In this document: one piece after another, positions 19,855 to 29,917 of the stretch | Layout of the letters: every line of letters starts with the position of its first letter | Numbering within the stretch: position 1 is the first letter of the stretch | Assembly (NCBI GenBank): GCA_963804165.1 | Contig: CAWDPO010000011.1 | Coordinates: forward strand, 96,001-160,000 | Length of the DNA stretch: 64,000 nt | Reading direction: 5' to 3' | Origin: an uncultured delta proteobacterium | GTDB taxonomy: Bacteria; Desulfobacterota; Binatia; UBA9968 | Notes under the pieces: model-generated | What the model saw: the letters and a program-made list of their open reading frames with translations, nothing else | Databases searched by the model: none | Told to the model about the DNA's origin: nothing | Translations under genes and position numbers: made by a program

Positions 19855-20907
19855 ATGAGGCCGAGAAAATTGTTGCCGGTGTTTTGCCTGATCGTTGGAG
19901 TGATGATTGCGCCCGCCACGGTGTTTTCTCAGACAGTCGCGCAGCTCGTTGAGGGCGCAAAAAAAGAAGGGCAACTCGTTCTCAGCTGGGGTACGGGAAC
20001 AATGGGCGGGATCGAGGGCGCGCAGGCCATGGAAAAGGCTTTCAACAAAGCCTACGGCCTGAATCTGGCCTTTAAATACAGTCCCGGACCGGCGATGCCG
20101 CAGTTGGCGAGCCGCATCATTCAAGAAGGAAAAGCCGGCCAGGCGGCGACCAGCGATCTGTTCATCGGTTCGGAAAATCATGTCGTGCGCATGTCCCTGA
20201 AACAACTCGATTGGACGAAGAGTTTTCCGCATATCAGCAAACCCATGGTGGATTGGGACGGACGGGTGTTGATCGTGGTTTCACGCACACCGGGTTTTAC
20301 CTATAACACCACCATGGTCGGCGCCAGCGAAGTGCCCCAGAAAGTCGAAGACGTGCTCAATCCGAAGTGGAAAGGCAAGATTGCGTCGACGCCGTATGCC
20401 GCTTCATTCGATCGTTTGGCGTTGATCTGGGGCGAGGAAAAGACCACGGCGTTTCTGCAAAAGTACGTCAAGCAGGTTGCCGGCCTGATTCGCTGCGGCG
20501 AGGAAGAGCGGGTCGCCAACGGCGAGTTTGCCATTTTGGCCTTCAACTGCGATCTGGCGGACGCCAACGACATGCGCCAGAAGGGCGCGCCGGTCGGTGG
20601 GCGAATTTTTAAGGACGCGGGTATTCTGTCTTATTGGTACCTCGCGGTACCGAGCAATTCCGCCCATCCCAATGCTGCGTCTCTGCTTTCAGCGTTTCTA
20701 TTGACGAAAGAGGGACAGGACATTCTTTGGAAAACGGAGAAGACCAGTTCACACTTGGTCGAGGGAACCAACATGTTTAAGTTCGTCAAAGATCAGGAGC
20801 GGCAAGGCGTCAAGTTCTATGCGAATCCCGTCTCCGAGGTCGTAAAAAACCATGAGAATCAAAGTCGCGTGCGGCAAAAATTCCAGGACATCCTAGCGGG
20901 CAAATAA
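19855..20907 (+). CDS. ABC substrate-binding protein, iron/thiamine class
   Basis: Signal peptide, GAKKEGQL, YNTTMV, DVLNPKWKGKI, AHPNAASL..FLLTKEGQ. Confidence 0.88.
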   Translation: MRPRKLLPVFCLIVGVMIAPATVFSQTVAQLVEGAKKEGQLVLSWGTGTMGGIEGAQAMEKAFNKAYGLNLAFKYSPGPAMPQLASRIIQEGKAGQAATSDLFIGSENHVVRMSLKQLDWTKSFPHISKPMVDWDGRVLIVVSRTPGFTYNTTMVGASEVPQKVEDVLNPKWKGKIASTPYAASFDRLALIWGEEKTTAFLQKYVKQVAGLIRCGEEERVANGEFAILAFNCDLADANDMRQKGAPVGGRIFKDAGILSYWYLAVPSNSAHPNAASLLSAFLLTKEGQDILWKTEKTSSHLVEGTNMFKFVKDQERQGVKFYANPVSEVVKNHENQSRVRQKFQDILAGK

Positions 20908-20908
20908 C

Positions 20909-22609
20909 GTGAAGGGGCGCTGGTTAGTCGTCGGCATATCCGCGGCAGCTTTGATCCCGGTGCTCGGTCTCTTGCTTCTGGTTCTGTGGATGGGCTTTTG
21001 GCAAAACGGGCCGGGCGAGCCGATCGTCTACACGTTGAATCACTATCGCAATATTTTCACCGATTCATTTACCTATAAAACGTTTCTGAACACTATCGGT
21101 TTCGCCGCGACGGCCGTGCTCATTTCGCTCTTCTTCGCGGTGCCTACCGCCTGGTTGGCCGAGCGCACGGATCTGCCGGGGAAAAATCTTATTTTTATGC
21201 TCGTGACTCTCGGCGCGTTGCTGCCGACGTTCTTTACCGCCATGGGCTGGGTGTTTCTACTGCACCCGCGCATCGGCATCATGAATCGTTTCGTCGTCGA
21301 TCTTTTCGGTCTCGATCAGGCGCCGTTCAATATTGCCTCGATCATCGGTATGGGCTGGGTTGAAGGTCTGGGGTTATCCTCCATCGCTTTCATCATGGTC
21401 GTCGCCACTTACCGCACCATGGACCCGTCCCTGGAAGAAGCTGCGCGAGTACACGGGTTGGGAATTTTTCGGACCCTTCGCTACGTGACGCTGCCGCTCA
21501 CTTTTCCCGGCGTCATTGCGGCGTCGATTTATGTTTTCACCATCGCGCTGTCGGCTTTCGAAGTGCCGGCGATCATCGGCATGTCGAATAAGATTTTCAC
21601 CTTCTCCACCTTCATCTTTTACAAAATTCAGCCCTTGGAAGAGCTGCCCAACTATGGCGTGGCGGGCGCCGTGAGCACCGTGCTGATTATCTTGGCGCTC
21701 TTGCTGAGCTGGAGTTATTTTGGCGTCCTGCGATTTTCGAATCGCTATGCGGTGGTCACCGGCAAGGCCTATCGGCCGGGCTTGATCGAGCTCGGGCCCA
21801 AAGGCTGGATTCTCGCTTGGTTGTTTCTCGGTGGTTATTTCCTCGTCGCCAAATTATTGCCTTTCCTCCTGCTTATTTGGGCGGCCCTATTGCGATATTT
21901 TCAGCCGCCGTCATGGGCGGCGCTCAGTCAAGTGTCGCTCAATAATTTCTACGGTTTGCCGTGGAACCTGCTGCTGCAAGGAGCGTGGAATACGTTGTTC
22001 TTGATGCTCGCAGTGCCGACGCTGACGTTACTCATTTGCCTGGCGATCTCCTGGACCATCCTGCGCTCCGGATTGCGCTCCCGGCTGCTTTTCGACGCGG
22101 TAGCTTTTCTGCCCCACGCGGTGCCGCATCTGATTCTAGCGATCGCGACCATGTTCGCGACGTTGTTCCTTTTGCACAATGCTCTTTCACTGTACGGCAG
22201 CCTGACGATTCTCATTTTTGTTTACACGGTGAGCCGCATCAGTTTTGCCACGCGCATACTCAACAACTCGCTGGCGCAAATACATCCGGAGCTCGAGGAA
22301 GCGGCGTTTGTCGGCGGTCTCAAGCTGCTGCAGGTGATGCGCAAGATTCTCGTGCCGCTGCTGAAACCGGCGCTGGTCTACGCGTGGATCTGGATGGCGC
22401 TGCTTTGCTATCGCGAATTAACGATGGCGTCGGTGTTGGTCACCGGTCAGAACAACGTCACCTTGCCGATGGTCGTGTGGGGTTTGTGGCTCGGTGGCAG
22501 CCTGAATCAAGCGGCAGCCGCCAACCTGGTTGTGCTCGCGTTCATGATACCGGCGGTCCTGCTCTATTTCATCTTCGGCCGGCGCAGCCGGGTCTCGGAG
22601 ACCGTGTGA
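20909..22609 (+). CDS. ABC transporter permease, fused two-domain FbpB/ThiP type
   Basis: About 12 TM segments; two EAA loops (DPSLEEAARVHG, HPELEEAAFVGG). Confidence 0.92.
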   Translation: MKGRWLVVGISAAALIPVLGLLLLVLWMGFWQNGPGEPIVYTLNHYRNIFTDSFTYKTFLNTIGFAATAVLISLFFAVPTAWLAERTDLPGKNLIFMLVTLGALLPTFFTAMGWVFLLHPRIGIMNRFVVDLFGLDQAPFNIASIIGMGWVEGLGLSSIAFIMVVATYRTMDPSLEEAARVHGLGIFRTLRYVTLPLTFPGVIAASIYVFTIALSAFEVPAIIGMSNKIFTFSTFIFYKIQPLEELPNYGVAGAVSTVLIILALLLSWSYFGVLRFSNRYAVVTGKAYRPGLIELGPKGWILAWLFLGGYFLVAKLLPFLLLIWAALLRYFQPPSWAALSQVSLNNFYGLPWNLLLQGAWNTLFLMLAVPTLTLLICLAISWTILRSGLRSRLLFDAVAFLPHAVPHLILAIATMFATLFLLHNALSLYGSLTILIFVYTVSRISFATRILNNSLAQIHPELEEAAFVGGLKLLQVMRKILVPLLKPALVYAWIWMALLCYRELTMASVLVTGQNNVTLPMVVWGLWLGGSLNQAAAANLVVLAFMIPAVLLYFIFGRRSRVSETV

Positions 22610-23694
22610 TTTCCATTGCCGGCTTGAGCAAAAATTTTCGCACCGGCGATCATACGGTGGCGGCGCTGCAAACGATCGATCTGGACGTCGCCCGCGGCGA
22701 GTTTTTCGTTCTGCTCGGGCCAAGTGGGTCGGGAAAGACGACACTGCTGCGCAGCGTCGCCGGTCTCGAAAAGCCTGATGAGGGAGAAATCTCGCTCAAT
22801 GACAAGACAGTCTTTTCTCGTAGCCGGCGCGTTTGCGCCGCGCCCGAGGAGCGCGAGATCGGCATGGTTTTTCAGTCCTATGCGATTTGGCCGCACCTGA
22901 CGGTGGCGGAAAACATCGGTTTGGTGCTCACTCACGGCCGTTCGCGTTTGTCGAAGAAAGACGCCCGGGAGCGAATTCGCCGCAGCCTCACCCTGGTTCA
23001 GCTGGAAAATTTTGAAGATCGTCCGGCGCGTCTGCTGAGCGGCGGCCAGCAGCAAAGGGTGGCGCTGGCGCGTGCGCTGGCGGTCAACCCCGCGCTGCTC
23101 TTGATGGACGAGCCGCTGAGCAATCTGGACGCGCGGCTGAGAGAAGAAGTGCGGTCGAATATCAAGAAACTGGCCACCCAGCTCGGCATAACGGTTCTTT
23201 ATGTCACCCATGATCAGGTCGAGGCGATGGTGCTCGCCGACCGAATTGCCGTCATGGCGCAGGGCAAGATTCTCCAGATCGGCAATCCGTTCGAGCTCTA
23301 TCGTAGCCCGGCCAATGCGCTAGTGGCGGAGTTTTTCGGTTCGATCAATTGGATACGCGGCAAGATGCTGGATGCCAATCGCGTCAAGACGGAATGCGGA
23401 GTCTTATGGGTAGCCGATTCGCGTAGTTGTGATGGCGCCGTGATCGTGGGCATACGACCCGAAGACGTCCGGTTGGGGCGATCTTCCAATGATGACGAAA
23501 ATCGGATAGAGGGGAAAGTGATGAGTTCGACGTTTTTGGGCGATCAGGTCGTTGCCGAAGTGAAGATCAACGAACGGACTTTGATCGCGAAAATGTCGCC
23601 CGACGACGGCAAACCTGAGGGAACCACGATGGTTCATCTGCCGAAAGGTAAACTCGTGGTTTTTCCGGATGTTTCGGAGCGGCTATCCCAGTGA
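22606..23694 (+). CDS. ABC transporter ATP-binding protein (PotA/FbpC type with TOBE tail)
   Basis: GPSGSGKT, LSGGQQQR, LLMDEP, YVTHDQ; GTGA overlap with the permease stop. Confidence 0.95.
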   Translation: MISIAGLSKNFRTGDHTVAALQTIDLDVARGEFFVLLGPSGSGKTTLLRSVAGLEKPDEGEISLNDKTVFSRSRRVCAAPEEREIGMVFQSYAIWPHLTVAENIGLVLTHGRSRLSKKDARERIRRSLTLVQLENFEDRPARLLSGGQQQRVALARALAVNPALLLMDEPLSNLDARLREEVRSNIKKLATQLGITVLYVTHDQVEAMVLADRIAVMAQGKILQIGNPFELYRSPANALVAEFFGSINWIRGKMLDANRVKTECGVLWVADSRSCDGAVIVGIRPEDVRLGRSSNDDENRIEGKVMSSTFLGDQVVAEVKINERTLIAKMSPDDGKPEGTTMVHLPKGKLVVFPDVSERLSQ

Positions 23695-23731
23695 ACCAAA
23701 GAACTAAGAGAGGTAGAAAGGAGAAATCATT

Positions 23732-24559
23732 ATGGGCGGTAACATGAATGCTAATGGCGATGTCCATCATTTGGACCACTTTGTCGTCGCGGTGATGAAT
23801 CCGGAGCGGGCGGAAAAATTTTACACCGAAGTCATGGGCGCGCGCACTTTGAAGTATGAAAACTCACCCAACATGACGCGGGTCTTCATGAAGCTCGGCG
23901 AAAACCACGTCGGCCTTTTCTCCCAGGGGAAGGCGACACTGCCGAAGCGGGAGAGCGCCAACTCCTACCCGCGACATTCCTTTCAGGTGCCTGAGAGCGA
24001 ATACGACCCGATGGTCGCGAAGATTCGCCGCGAATGTTCCTTCGTGAGAGACATCAAGAATGAAAACGGCCTCGGCTGCTCTTGGAGCGATGGTTTGGTT
24101 TTTCAGGACTCCGAGGGAAATTTCATCGAAATTACAAAAACGACGGGTATCAGCAAGACTCGCCTGCATCACCTTCATTTCGATACCACGGATCTGGACG
24201 CCAGCGTGGATTTCTATAAACGATTTTTAAATTGCACCGTGCAGGAGCGTAAGAATGGCTTGGCCGCTGTCACCGTGCCGTCCGGGCAATGCGTGATTCT
24301 CAACCAGGTGGACGAACTAAGCGAGGTGACAAAGACGACATACCGCGGCCGCCACTTTGCTTTTAATGTGAGCAATGACAACTTCCACGCCATCGTGGAA
24401 AAACTTCATGCGGCTGGCATCGAGGAGCGCGACGAGCACGGCGAGCGCGAGGGACGCCGGCCGGAGCAGCTGGGCACGTACTTCAAAGAGCCGAGCGGTT
24501 TTCGTCTGCAGATCACCAACGAAGACTCGGCCGAGTTTGCCCGGCACGCGAGCGATTGA
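23732..24559 (+). CDS. Two-domain VOC family protein (paralogue 2)
   Basis: LDHFVVAV..KFYTEVMG, RHSF, DSEGNFIEI, LHHLHF..DFYK, RHFAF, EPSGFRLQI. Confidence 0.88.
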   Translation: MGGNMNANGDVHHLDHFVVAVMNPERAEKFYTEVMGARTLKYENSPNMTRVFMKLGENHVGLFSQGKATLPKRESANSYPRHSFQVPESEYDPMVAKIRRECSFVRDIKNENGLGCSWSDGLVFQDSEGNFIEITKTTGISKTRLHHLHFDTTDLDASVDFYKRFLNCTVQERKNGLAAVTVPSGQCVILNQVDELSEVTKTTYRGRHFAFNVSNDNFHAIVEKLHAAGIEERDEHGEREGRRPEQLGTYFKEPSGFRLQITNEDSAEFARHASD

Positions 24560-24595
24560 TTGCGCGCGGGTGTGATATCGCCAAGCATGTATGAT

Positions 24596-24640
24596 TCACC
24601 CCCACTCTTACTCTCCCCCCGTCAAGGGGGAGAGTAACGG
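24596..24640. repeat. Family C hairpin between convergent genes (possible terminator)
   Basis: TTACTCTCCCCC-cgtcaa-GGGGGAGAGTAA 12-bp stem. Confidence 0.7.
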
Positions 24641-24728
24641 AGTTCGGAAGCCGGCCAATCCGTGCGGAAGGCTCGTGCCCGACTGCATAGTATCAGCGTA
24701 AAAATCTATTTCGGCAAAGACGTTTGGA

Positions 24729-25756
24729 TTAGTTCCCCAGGACTTTTTTCATTCTCTCGATGACCGCCGGCGATTGCGCCATGACTTCCTTAGCGAGTTT
24801 TTCCATTTCCTCGCCGGCGACCGGTTCCAATTCGTAACTCCTTTTCTCGGCTTCTACTTTGAGCTCGGGGTCCTTGAGCGCGCTGGCGAACGCGCTGCGG
24901 AGAATTTTGAGCCGGTCAGGCGCTATGCCGGCGGGCCCCACCATGGGACGGCCAAAGACGCCGCCGGCGAGAATGACGGCGGCGACGCGGCGAGATTGAT
25001 CCGGTGTCTTGTACTGGTCCATTAACTCGTAGATCGTCGGCGTATCCGGCAGGCGCGGATCGCGTTTGCGCGCCGACTGCGCGATGCTTCTGACGAAATT
25101 GTTCTTGCGCCACGTATGAAACGGCTCGCGCGCAAAGAAAGATTCGATGGTCATGGCGCGGCAGTGGATCTCGCCTTTTTCCACGGCGAGATCGATCGGC
25201 CCGCCGCCTTGATAGCCGAGCACGATGGTAAACTTGGCGCCGACCGTTTCCTCCAGCAGCTTGGGAAAATAGTAACCGGTCCCAGTCGCGCCGCCGGAAC
25301 CGCATTTGGGCGGCTCGCTGGCTTTGCGAATATCCTCGATGGTTTTGTACGGACTATCGGCGCGCATATAGAGCTGGTGTTCGCTCTCCGACGGCGAGCC
25401 TATGAAACTATACTTGCTCCAATCGTATTGGACTTCTTTGCGCCCGACGATCTGATCGAAGTAGAGAGTGGGGGCTATCCAGCCAAGCGTAAGTCCATCC
25501 GGCTTAGCGACAGAGAATACATAATTGGCCGCGATCATCGAGCTGGCTCCCGGCATATTCTGAATGACAAAATTCGGATTGCCGGGGATGTATTTCGTCA
25601 TGTGTTGAGCGATGAGCCGCGGCCACAGATCGTTGACGTCGCCGGCGGGGTAGCCGGTGACGATCCGAATGGTCTTGCCTTGAAAGTACGGCGTCTGAGC
25701 CTGTACGACAAAAATCTCAAGAAGAAAAAAGAAACCGCTAAAAACAGCGTCTTCAT
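24729..25756 (-). CDS. TctC/Bug substrate-binding protein (frameshift in signal-peptide region near 25720)
   Basis: AQTPYFQGKTIRIVTGYPAG in frame upstream of the listed ORF; QNMPGA, AKPDGLT, RDPRLPDTP; AGGAG before ATG 25756. Confidence 0.88.
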
Positions 25757-25898
25757 GGTTATTCTCCTAAACTGTGCAGACCAGCGAATCTCCGCAGGCG
25801 ATGGAAACATTCCCAGCATCGCCCTCTTATTACAAAGGGGTCCGGGTGGTCAATCGCAATCGACCTGCGTCTGGGGGATGCTTGATGAGCGCAATCTC

Positions 25899-25927
25899 TT
25901 GACGCCGTACCATGATTCAACTAGCCT
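25899..25927 (+). promoter_or_regulatory. Putative sigma70 promoter
   Basis: TTGACG-17 nt-TAGCCT, 40 nt upstream of ATG 25968. Confidence 0.45.
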
Positions 25928-25967
25928 GCCTGCGGTTTGGGAGTTTAGTTTTAAGACGGAGGCAAGT

Positions 25968-26876
25968 ATGAAGGCGAGAATAGGTTTCTTCGTTCCGTTA
26001 TTTGCGGCTCTCTTATGCGCGGGACTCGCGGCGCAGGCTCAGGATCTCGGTCCGGGGTTTCACAAGATCAAGGAGGGTATCTACACTTTCGCGCCGGACC
26101 AGGCTACGACCACATGCAGCTTTGTGGTCACGGAGGCGGGTATCGTGATGATCGATAGCTGCAACAGCCCCTTGGACTCGCGTCGGATGGCGGCGGCGAT
26201 CAAAAAAGTGACCGACAAACCGATTATGTTCCTGATCGATACCGAGACACACTCCGACCATACCGCTAACCATTTTATCTTTTCGCCGCCGGCGACGGTG
26301 ATCAACGCTGAAGGCGCGGCAGCCGGGATGAGAAAAGAGTACAATCCCAAACGCGCCGAAACCCTCGCGGCGAAATCCGCCGAGCTTCGCGAAGCGGTGA
26401 AGGGCGAAAAAATGATCGTGCCGCATATCGAGTACAAAGATCGCATGACGATCAACCTCGGTGAGCGGACTTTCGAATTGATCTATCTGAAAAATGCACA
26501 CAGCTTCGCCGACACGGCCATCTGGATGCCGAAGGAACGGGTCCTGTTCGCGTCATCGGCGGCCAACGTGCGCACGTTCATTAATCTGCGGCCGACGGTG
26601 GTGCTGCCCGATGTCATCGCCAGCTACAAGCTGATGAAGTCGCTCAATCCGGAGGTGGTGATCGCCGGCCATGGGCAGCCTACAACGACGATCATCTTCG
26701 ACGAATACGAGGGATTCTATAATCTTCTGATGAAGCGGGTTGGCGAAATGGCGGCGCAAGGAAAATCCCTAGACGAAATCAAAAAAGAACTGAAGATGCC
26801 GGAATACGCTGACTGGCAGGGCCAAGACCGATTGGCCGTCAATATAGACGCGGCTTACAAGTCGGTAAAAAAATAG
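25968..26876 (+). CDS. Exported MBL-fold metallo-hydrolase (cyclase-like)
   Basis: Signal peptide, VMIDS, TETHSDH, AHSFAD, VIAGHG; GGAGG RBS. Confidence 0.85.
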   Translation: MKARIGFFVPLFAALLCAGLAAQAQDLGPGFHKIKEGIYTFAPDQATTTCSFVVTEAGIVMIDSCNSPLDSRRMAAAIKKVTDKPIMFLIDTETHSDHTANHFIFSPPATVINAEGAAAGMRKEYNPKRAETLAAKSAELREAVKGEKMIVPHIEYKDRMTINLGERTFELIYLKNAHSFADTAIWMPKERVLFASSAANVRTFINLRPTVVLPDVIASYKLMKSLNPEVVIAGHGQPTTTIIFDEYEGFYNLLMKRVGEMAAQGKSLDEIKKELKMPEYADWQGQDRLAVNIDAAYKSVKK

Positions 26877-26913
26877 GCTGTCGTTGCAGTTGAGCGCGAA
26901 ATAACTTGTTCTC

Positions 26914-27729
26914 ATGCGACGCTTACGTGCTTGCACTTTGCTCCTCGGTTGTTTGTTGCTGCCCTCAGCGCCGTTGGCGGCGCAGCAGATCGTCACGCTG
27001 GCTACGCGTCCGGGGGTGACCCAGTCTTATTTCCTCACGAGCATTCCGAAGAATCTACAGGTAGTGGTGTTGCTATTTCCGGGTTCCGGCGGATTGATAA
27101 ATTTGCGCTCGGAGAACGGCCAGCCCAAATTCGGCCAGGGTAATTTTCTGGTGCGCAGCCGGGCCGAGTTCGTCAAGCGCGGTGTCGCCGCAGCGATCAT
27201 CGACGCGCCGTCGGATCAGCAAGGCGGACGGGGAATGACGGACGAGTTTCGACTCGGCGAGTCGCATTTCACCGACATTTCGGCGGTGATCGACGATCTG
27301 GGCAAACGCTTTTCCGGAGTGCCGCTATTTCTGATTGGTACGAGCCGCGGAACGATTTCGGCGGCGGTACTCGGCGTACGGCTCGGCTCGCGCACGGCGG
27401 GGTCAATCTTAACCTCGACGATGTTTCGCCCGGCCCCGAGAAAGTCTAATGAACCCGGTCCAGGCTTGAGCAATTTCGATTTCACGACGATTAAGATTCC
27501 GGTCCTGATAGCCCACCATGTGAGCGATCAATGCGAATCTACTCCCTACAGCGACGCGGCGAGGCTTTCGGACAAGTACCCCTTGATCACGGTGTACGGC
27601 GGCGCTACGCCGCAGTCTGGACCGTGCGATGCGTTCAGCGCGCACGGTTATTTCGGTAAGGAGTCGGAGACGGTAGAGCAAATCGTGAACTGGATGCTCA
27701 AAAAGCCGTTTCTTCACGAAGTGAAATAG
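26914..27729 (+). CDS. Exported alpha/beta hydrolase
   Basis: Signal peptide, LFPGSGG, nucleophile GTSRG, HHVSDQC, AHGYFG. Confidence 0.8.
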   Translation: MRRLRACTLLLGCLLLPSAPLAAQQIVTLATRPGVTQSYFLTSIPKNLQVVVLLFPGSGGLINLRSENGQPKFGQGNFLVRSRAEFVKRGVAAAIIDAPSDQQGGRGMTDEFRLGESHFTDISAVIDDLGKRFSGVPLFLIGTSRGTISAAVLGVRLGSRTAGSILTSTMFRPAPRKSNEPGPGLSNFDFTTIKIPVLIAHHVSDQCESTPYSDAARLSDKYPLITVYGGATPQSGPCDAFSAHGYFGKESETVEQIVNWMLKKPFLHEVK

Positions 27730-27739
27730 GGGATTTCCC

Positions 27740-28693
27740 ATGGCTATCGTGCCGCTTAGGCCCGTCGATAGAGTGGAGATACTCAGCGTGATGGATAATT
27801 CCATCGACGTGTTGATGGGTAATACACCGGTTGCCAAGCGGCATAAGCGCGCCAGCGATGCACATACGCGGCCGCAACTACGAGCGGAGCATGGCGTGTC
27901 GATGCTGGTGACGACGCACTCCGGCGGCAACAGAGATTCTTTTCTCTTCGATACCGGCGTGACCATCGACGGCGTGCTGCACAACATGGATGTGCTCGAA
28001 ATCAAGGGTAACGAGCTGCATGCCGTGGTCTTGAGCCATGGCCATACGGATCACACGCGGGGGCTGATGGGTTTCATCAAACGCTTTGGCCGACCGCGGG
28101 TGCCGATCGTGCTTCACCCCGACGCTTATTTGAAGCGGAAAAATATTCAGGGCGACGGCCACGAGTCGGAGCATATTCCACCGAGCAAGAAGGATCTCGA
28201 AGCCGAAGATGTAGAGATCATCGAAGAGCGCGGACCGACGATGTTAATCGGCGGCCATGCGCTGGTCACCGGCCAGATCCCGCGCACGACGCCGTTCGAA
28301 AAGGGCAGTCCCAATCAAGTCGCGCTGATCGATGGAACGTGGCAGCCCGATCCGTGGATTCACGATGACCAAGCGATCGTCATAAATGTTAAGGACAAAG
28401 GTTTGGTGGTGCTGACCGGCTGTGGACACGCCGGTGTGGTGAACACATTGAAATGCGCTCGGGAGATGACCGGAATAAATCAAATTCATGCGGTCATCGG
28501 CGGCTTCCATCTCACGGGGCCGATTTTCGAGCCAATCGTGCAGCCGACGGTTCAAGCGCTCAAAGAATTCAATCCGAGGATCATTGTGCCGCAGCACTGT
28601 ACGGGTTGGAAAGCGACGCATTTGATCGCTCGGGAGTTTCCGGACGCGTTTGTTCCCAACAGCGTCGGCACGACGATGGTGATTGGGGTATAA
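27740..28693 (+). CDS. MBL-fold metallo-hydrolase, COG1237/MJ0301-like
   Basis: AEHGVS, LFDTG, SHGHTDH, HDDQA, TGCGHAG, GGFHL, PQHCTG. Confidence 0.88.
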   Translation: MAIVPLRPVDRVEILSVMDNSIDVLMGNTPVAKRHKRASDAHTRPQLRAEHGVSMLVTTHSGGNRDSFLFDTGVTIDGVLHNMDVLEIKGNELHAVVLSHGHTDHTRGLMGFIKRFGRPRVPIVLHPDAYLKRKNIQGDGHESEHIPPSKKDLEAEDVEIIEERGPTMLIGGHALVTGQIPRTTPFEKGSPNQVALIDGTWQPDPWIHDDQAIVINVKDKGLVVLTGCGHAGVVNTLKCAREMTGINQIHAVIGGFHLTGPIFEPIVQPTVQALKEFNPRIIVPQHCTGWKATHLIAREFPDAFVPNSVGTTMVIGV

Positions 28694-28700
28694 AAAACTT

Positions 28701-28745
28701 GTTCAAAAGTTCAATCGTTCAAGGTTCAAAGTTGATTCAGTTCAC
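28701..28745 (+). repeat. GTTCAA tandem micro-array
   Basis: gttcaaaa gttcaatc gttcaag gttcaaa gttgattca gttcac. Confidence 0.85.
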
Positions 28746-29825
28746 ATGAAGATAGGGTTGTTCACTGAGTTTTCCTATCCGGGCAAGTCGGAGCGGCAGA
28801 CGTACGCGGAAGTGTTAGAGCAAATCACCGTCGCCGACGAACTGGGTTACGACTTCTTCTCCACCACAGAGAGCTACGGCAAGGATTTGTTTTCCTGCTC
28901 GTCGTTTCCCTTGGGACTTTTCGTCGCGGCGGCTCAGCGCGCGCGGCGTATTCGCTTTCTTACCGGGATAATCAGCGCGCCATTGCATCATCCTGCGATG
29001 CTTGCCAGTGAGATTGCGGCTGCCGATTTGCTCACGGGAGGGCGGATCATGATCGGCATCGGGCGCGGGCATCCTTGGGTGTTAAATCGGGTCGGCGTCA
29101 ATCCTGCCGAGAGCACGGCGCGATTTGAAGAAAGCATCCGCATGCTCGTCGAGATATTCAAATCGAACTATATCGCGGATCTCGACGGTCAGTTCTGGCA
29201 GATCAAGGATTTCAAACTCAGCCCGCCGCCGGTGCAAGAGCCGCATCCGCCGATCTATACTGCCGCCGCGACGACGCCTGACAGCGCGATCTTCGCTGGC
29301 AAGATTGGCCACGGCTTGGTGCAGCCGGGTTATTTGGGAATTCCTTTTGACTTGGTGCGCGGCTTGACGGAGACGTACCGTAGCAATCTTCCAGCGAATC
29401 GAGCGGGCGATATCGTTCTGGGAATTCATCTCCATGTCGCGGGCGACCGCGACGAGGCCATTGAGAACGGCGCGCTTGCGTTGGCGACGCAGGCCGATGT
29501 GTTTTTGCGTTCCAGTCAGAGCAGGCCGAACCTGAGCGGCGTTAAGGAAGCGTACGCAACCAAGAGCGCGTCGAGGATGGCCTTCGAAAAATTGGCTACC
29601 CCAGAGAAAGCGCGCAACGCCGTTGGCGAAGAAGGGCCAAACATCATGGCTGTGTGGGGCACGGCGGAGGATTGCATCGAGAAGATCAAATTCTACGTCG
29701 ACTCGCTTCACCCCGAGCAACTCATGCTCAACATCGCTTCCGGAAGTCTCGCCCAGGACAAAGCATTGGAATCGATGCGGTTCTTTGCTGAAGAAGTGAT
29801 GCCGGCGGTACGCGGGTTGCCGTGA
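28746..29825 (+). CDS. LLM class flavin-dependent oxidoreductase
   Basis: MKIGLF, ADELGYD, DLLTGGRIMIGIGRG, PVQEPHPPIY, SMRFFAEEVMP. Confidence 0.88.
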   Translation: MKIGLFTEFSYPGKSERQTYAEVLEQITVADELGYDFFSTTESYGKDLFSCSSFPLGLFVAAAQRARRIRFLTGIISAPLHHPAMLASEIAAADLLTGGRIMIGIGRGHPWVLNRVGVNPAESTARFEESIRMLVEIFKSNYIADLDGQFWQIKDFKLSPPPVQEPHPPIYTAAATTPDSAIFAGKIGHGLVQPGYLGIPFDLVRGLTETYRSNLPANRAGDIVLGIHLHVAGDRDEAIENGALALATQADVFLRSSQSRPNLSGVKEAYATKSASRMAFEKLATPEKARNAVGEEGPNIMAVWGTAEDCIEKIKFYVDSLHPEQLMLNIASGSLAQDKALESMRFFAEEVMPAVRGLP

Positions 29826-29917
29826 TAGAAAGTTGCCGTCAGGTCGAGCGCTAGAAATCAAAAGCTGCCGATCGTCGTGTCGAGCCGCTTTGCCGTGGCT
29901 GAACAGAGGAGAAGGCA

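Noticed and set aside
21961-22605. 577-aa ORF suggesting an N-terminally extended ATPase
   Set aside because: The extension is an alternative frame of the permease; the GTGA overlap at 22606 gives a normal start
12907-24559. Calling the cluster an ectoine utilisation or iron uptake locus
   Set aside because: eutA/B/E and ehu genes are absent; the transporter class does not fix the substrate
25116-25967. 586-aa ORF suggesting a fused MBL protein
   Set aside because: The upstream part is antisense to the TctC gene; RBS and signal peptide begin at 25968
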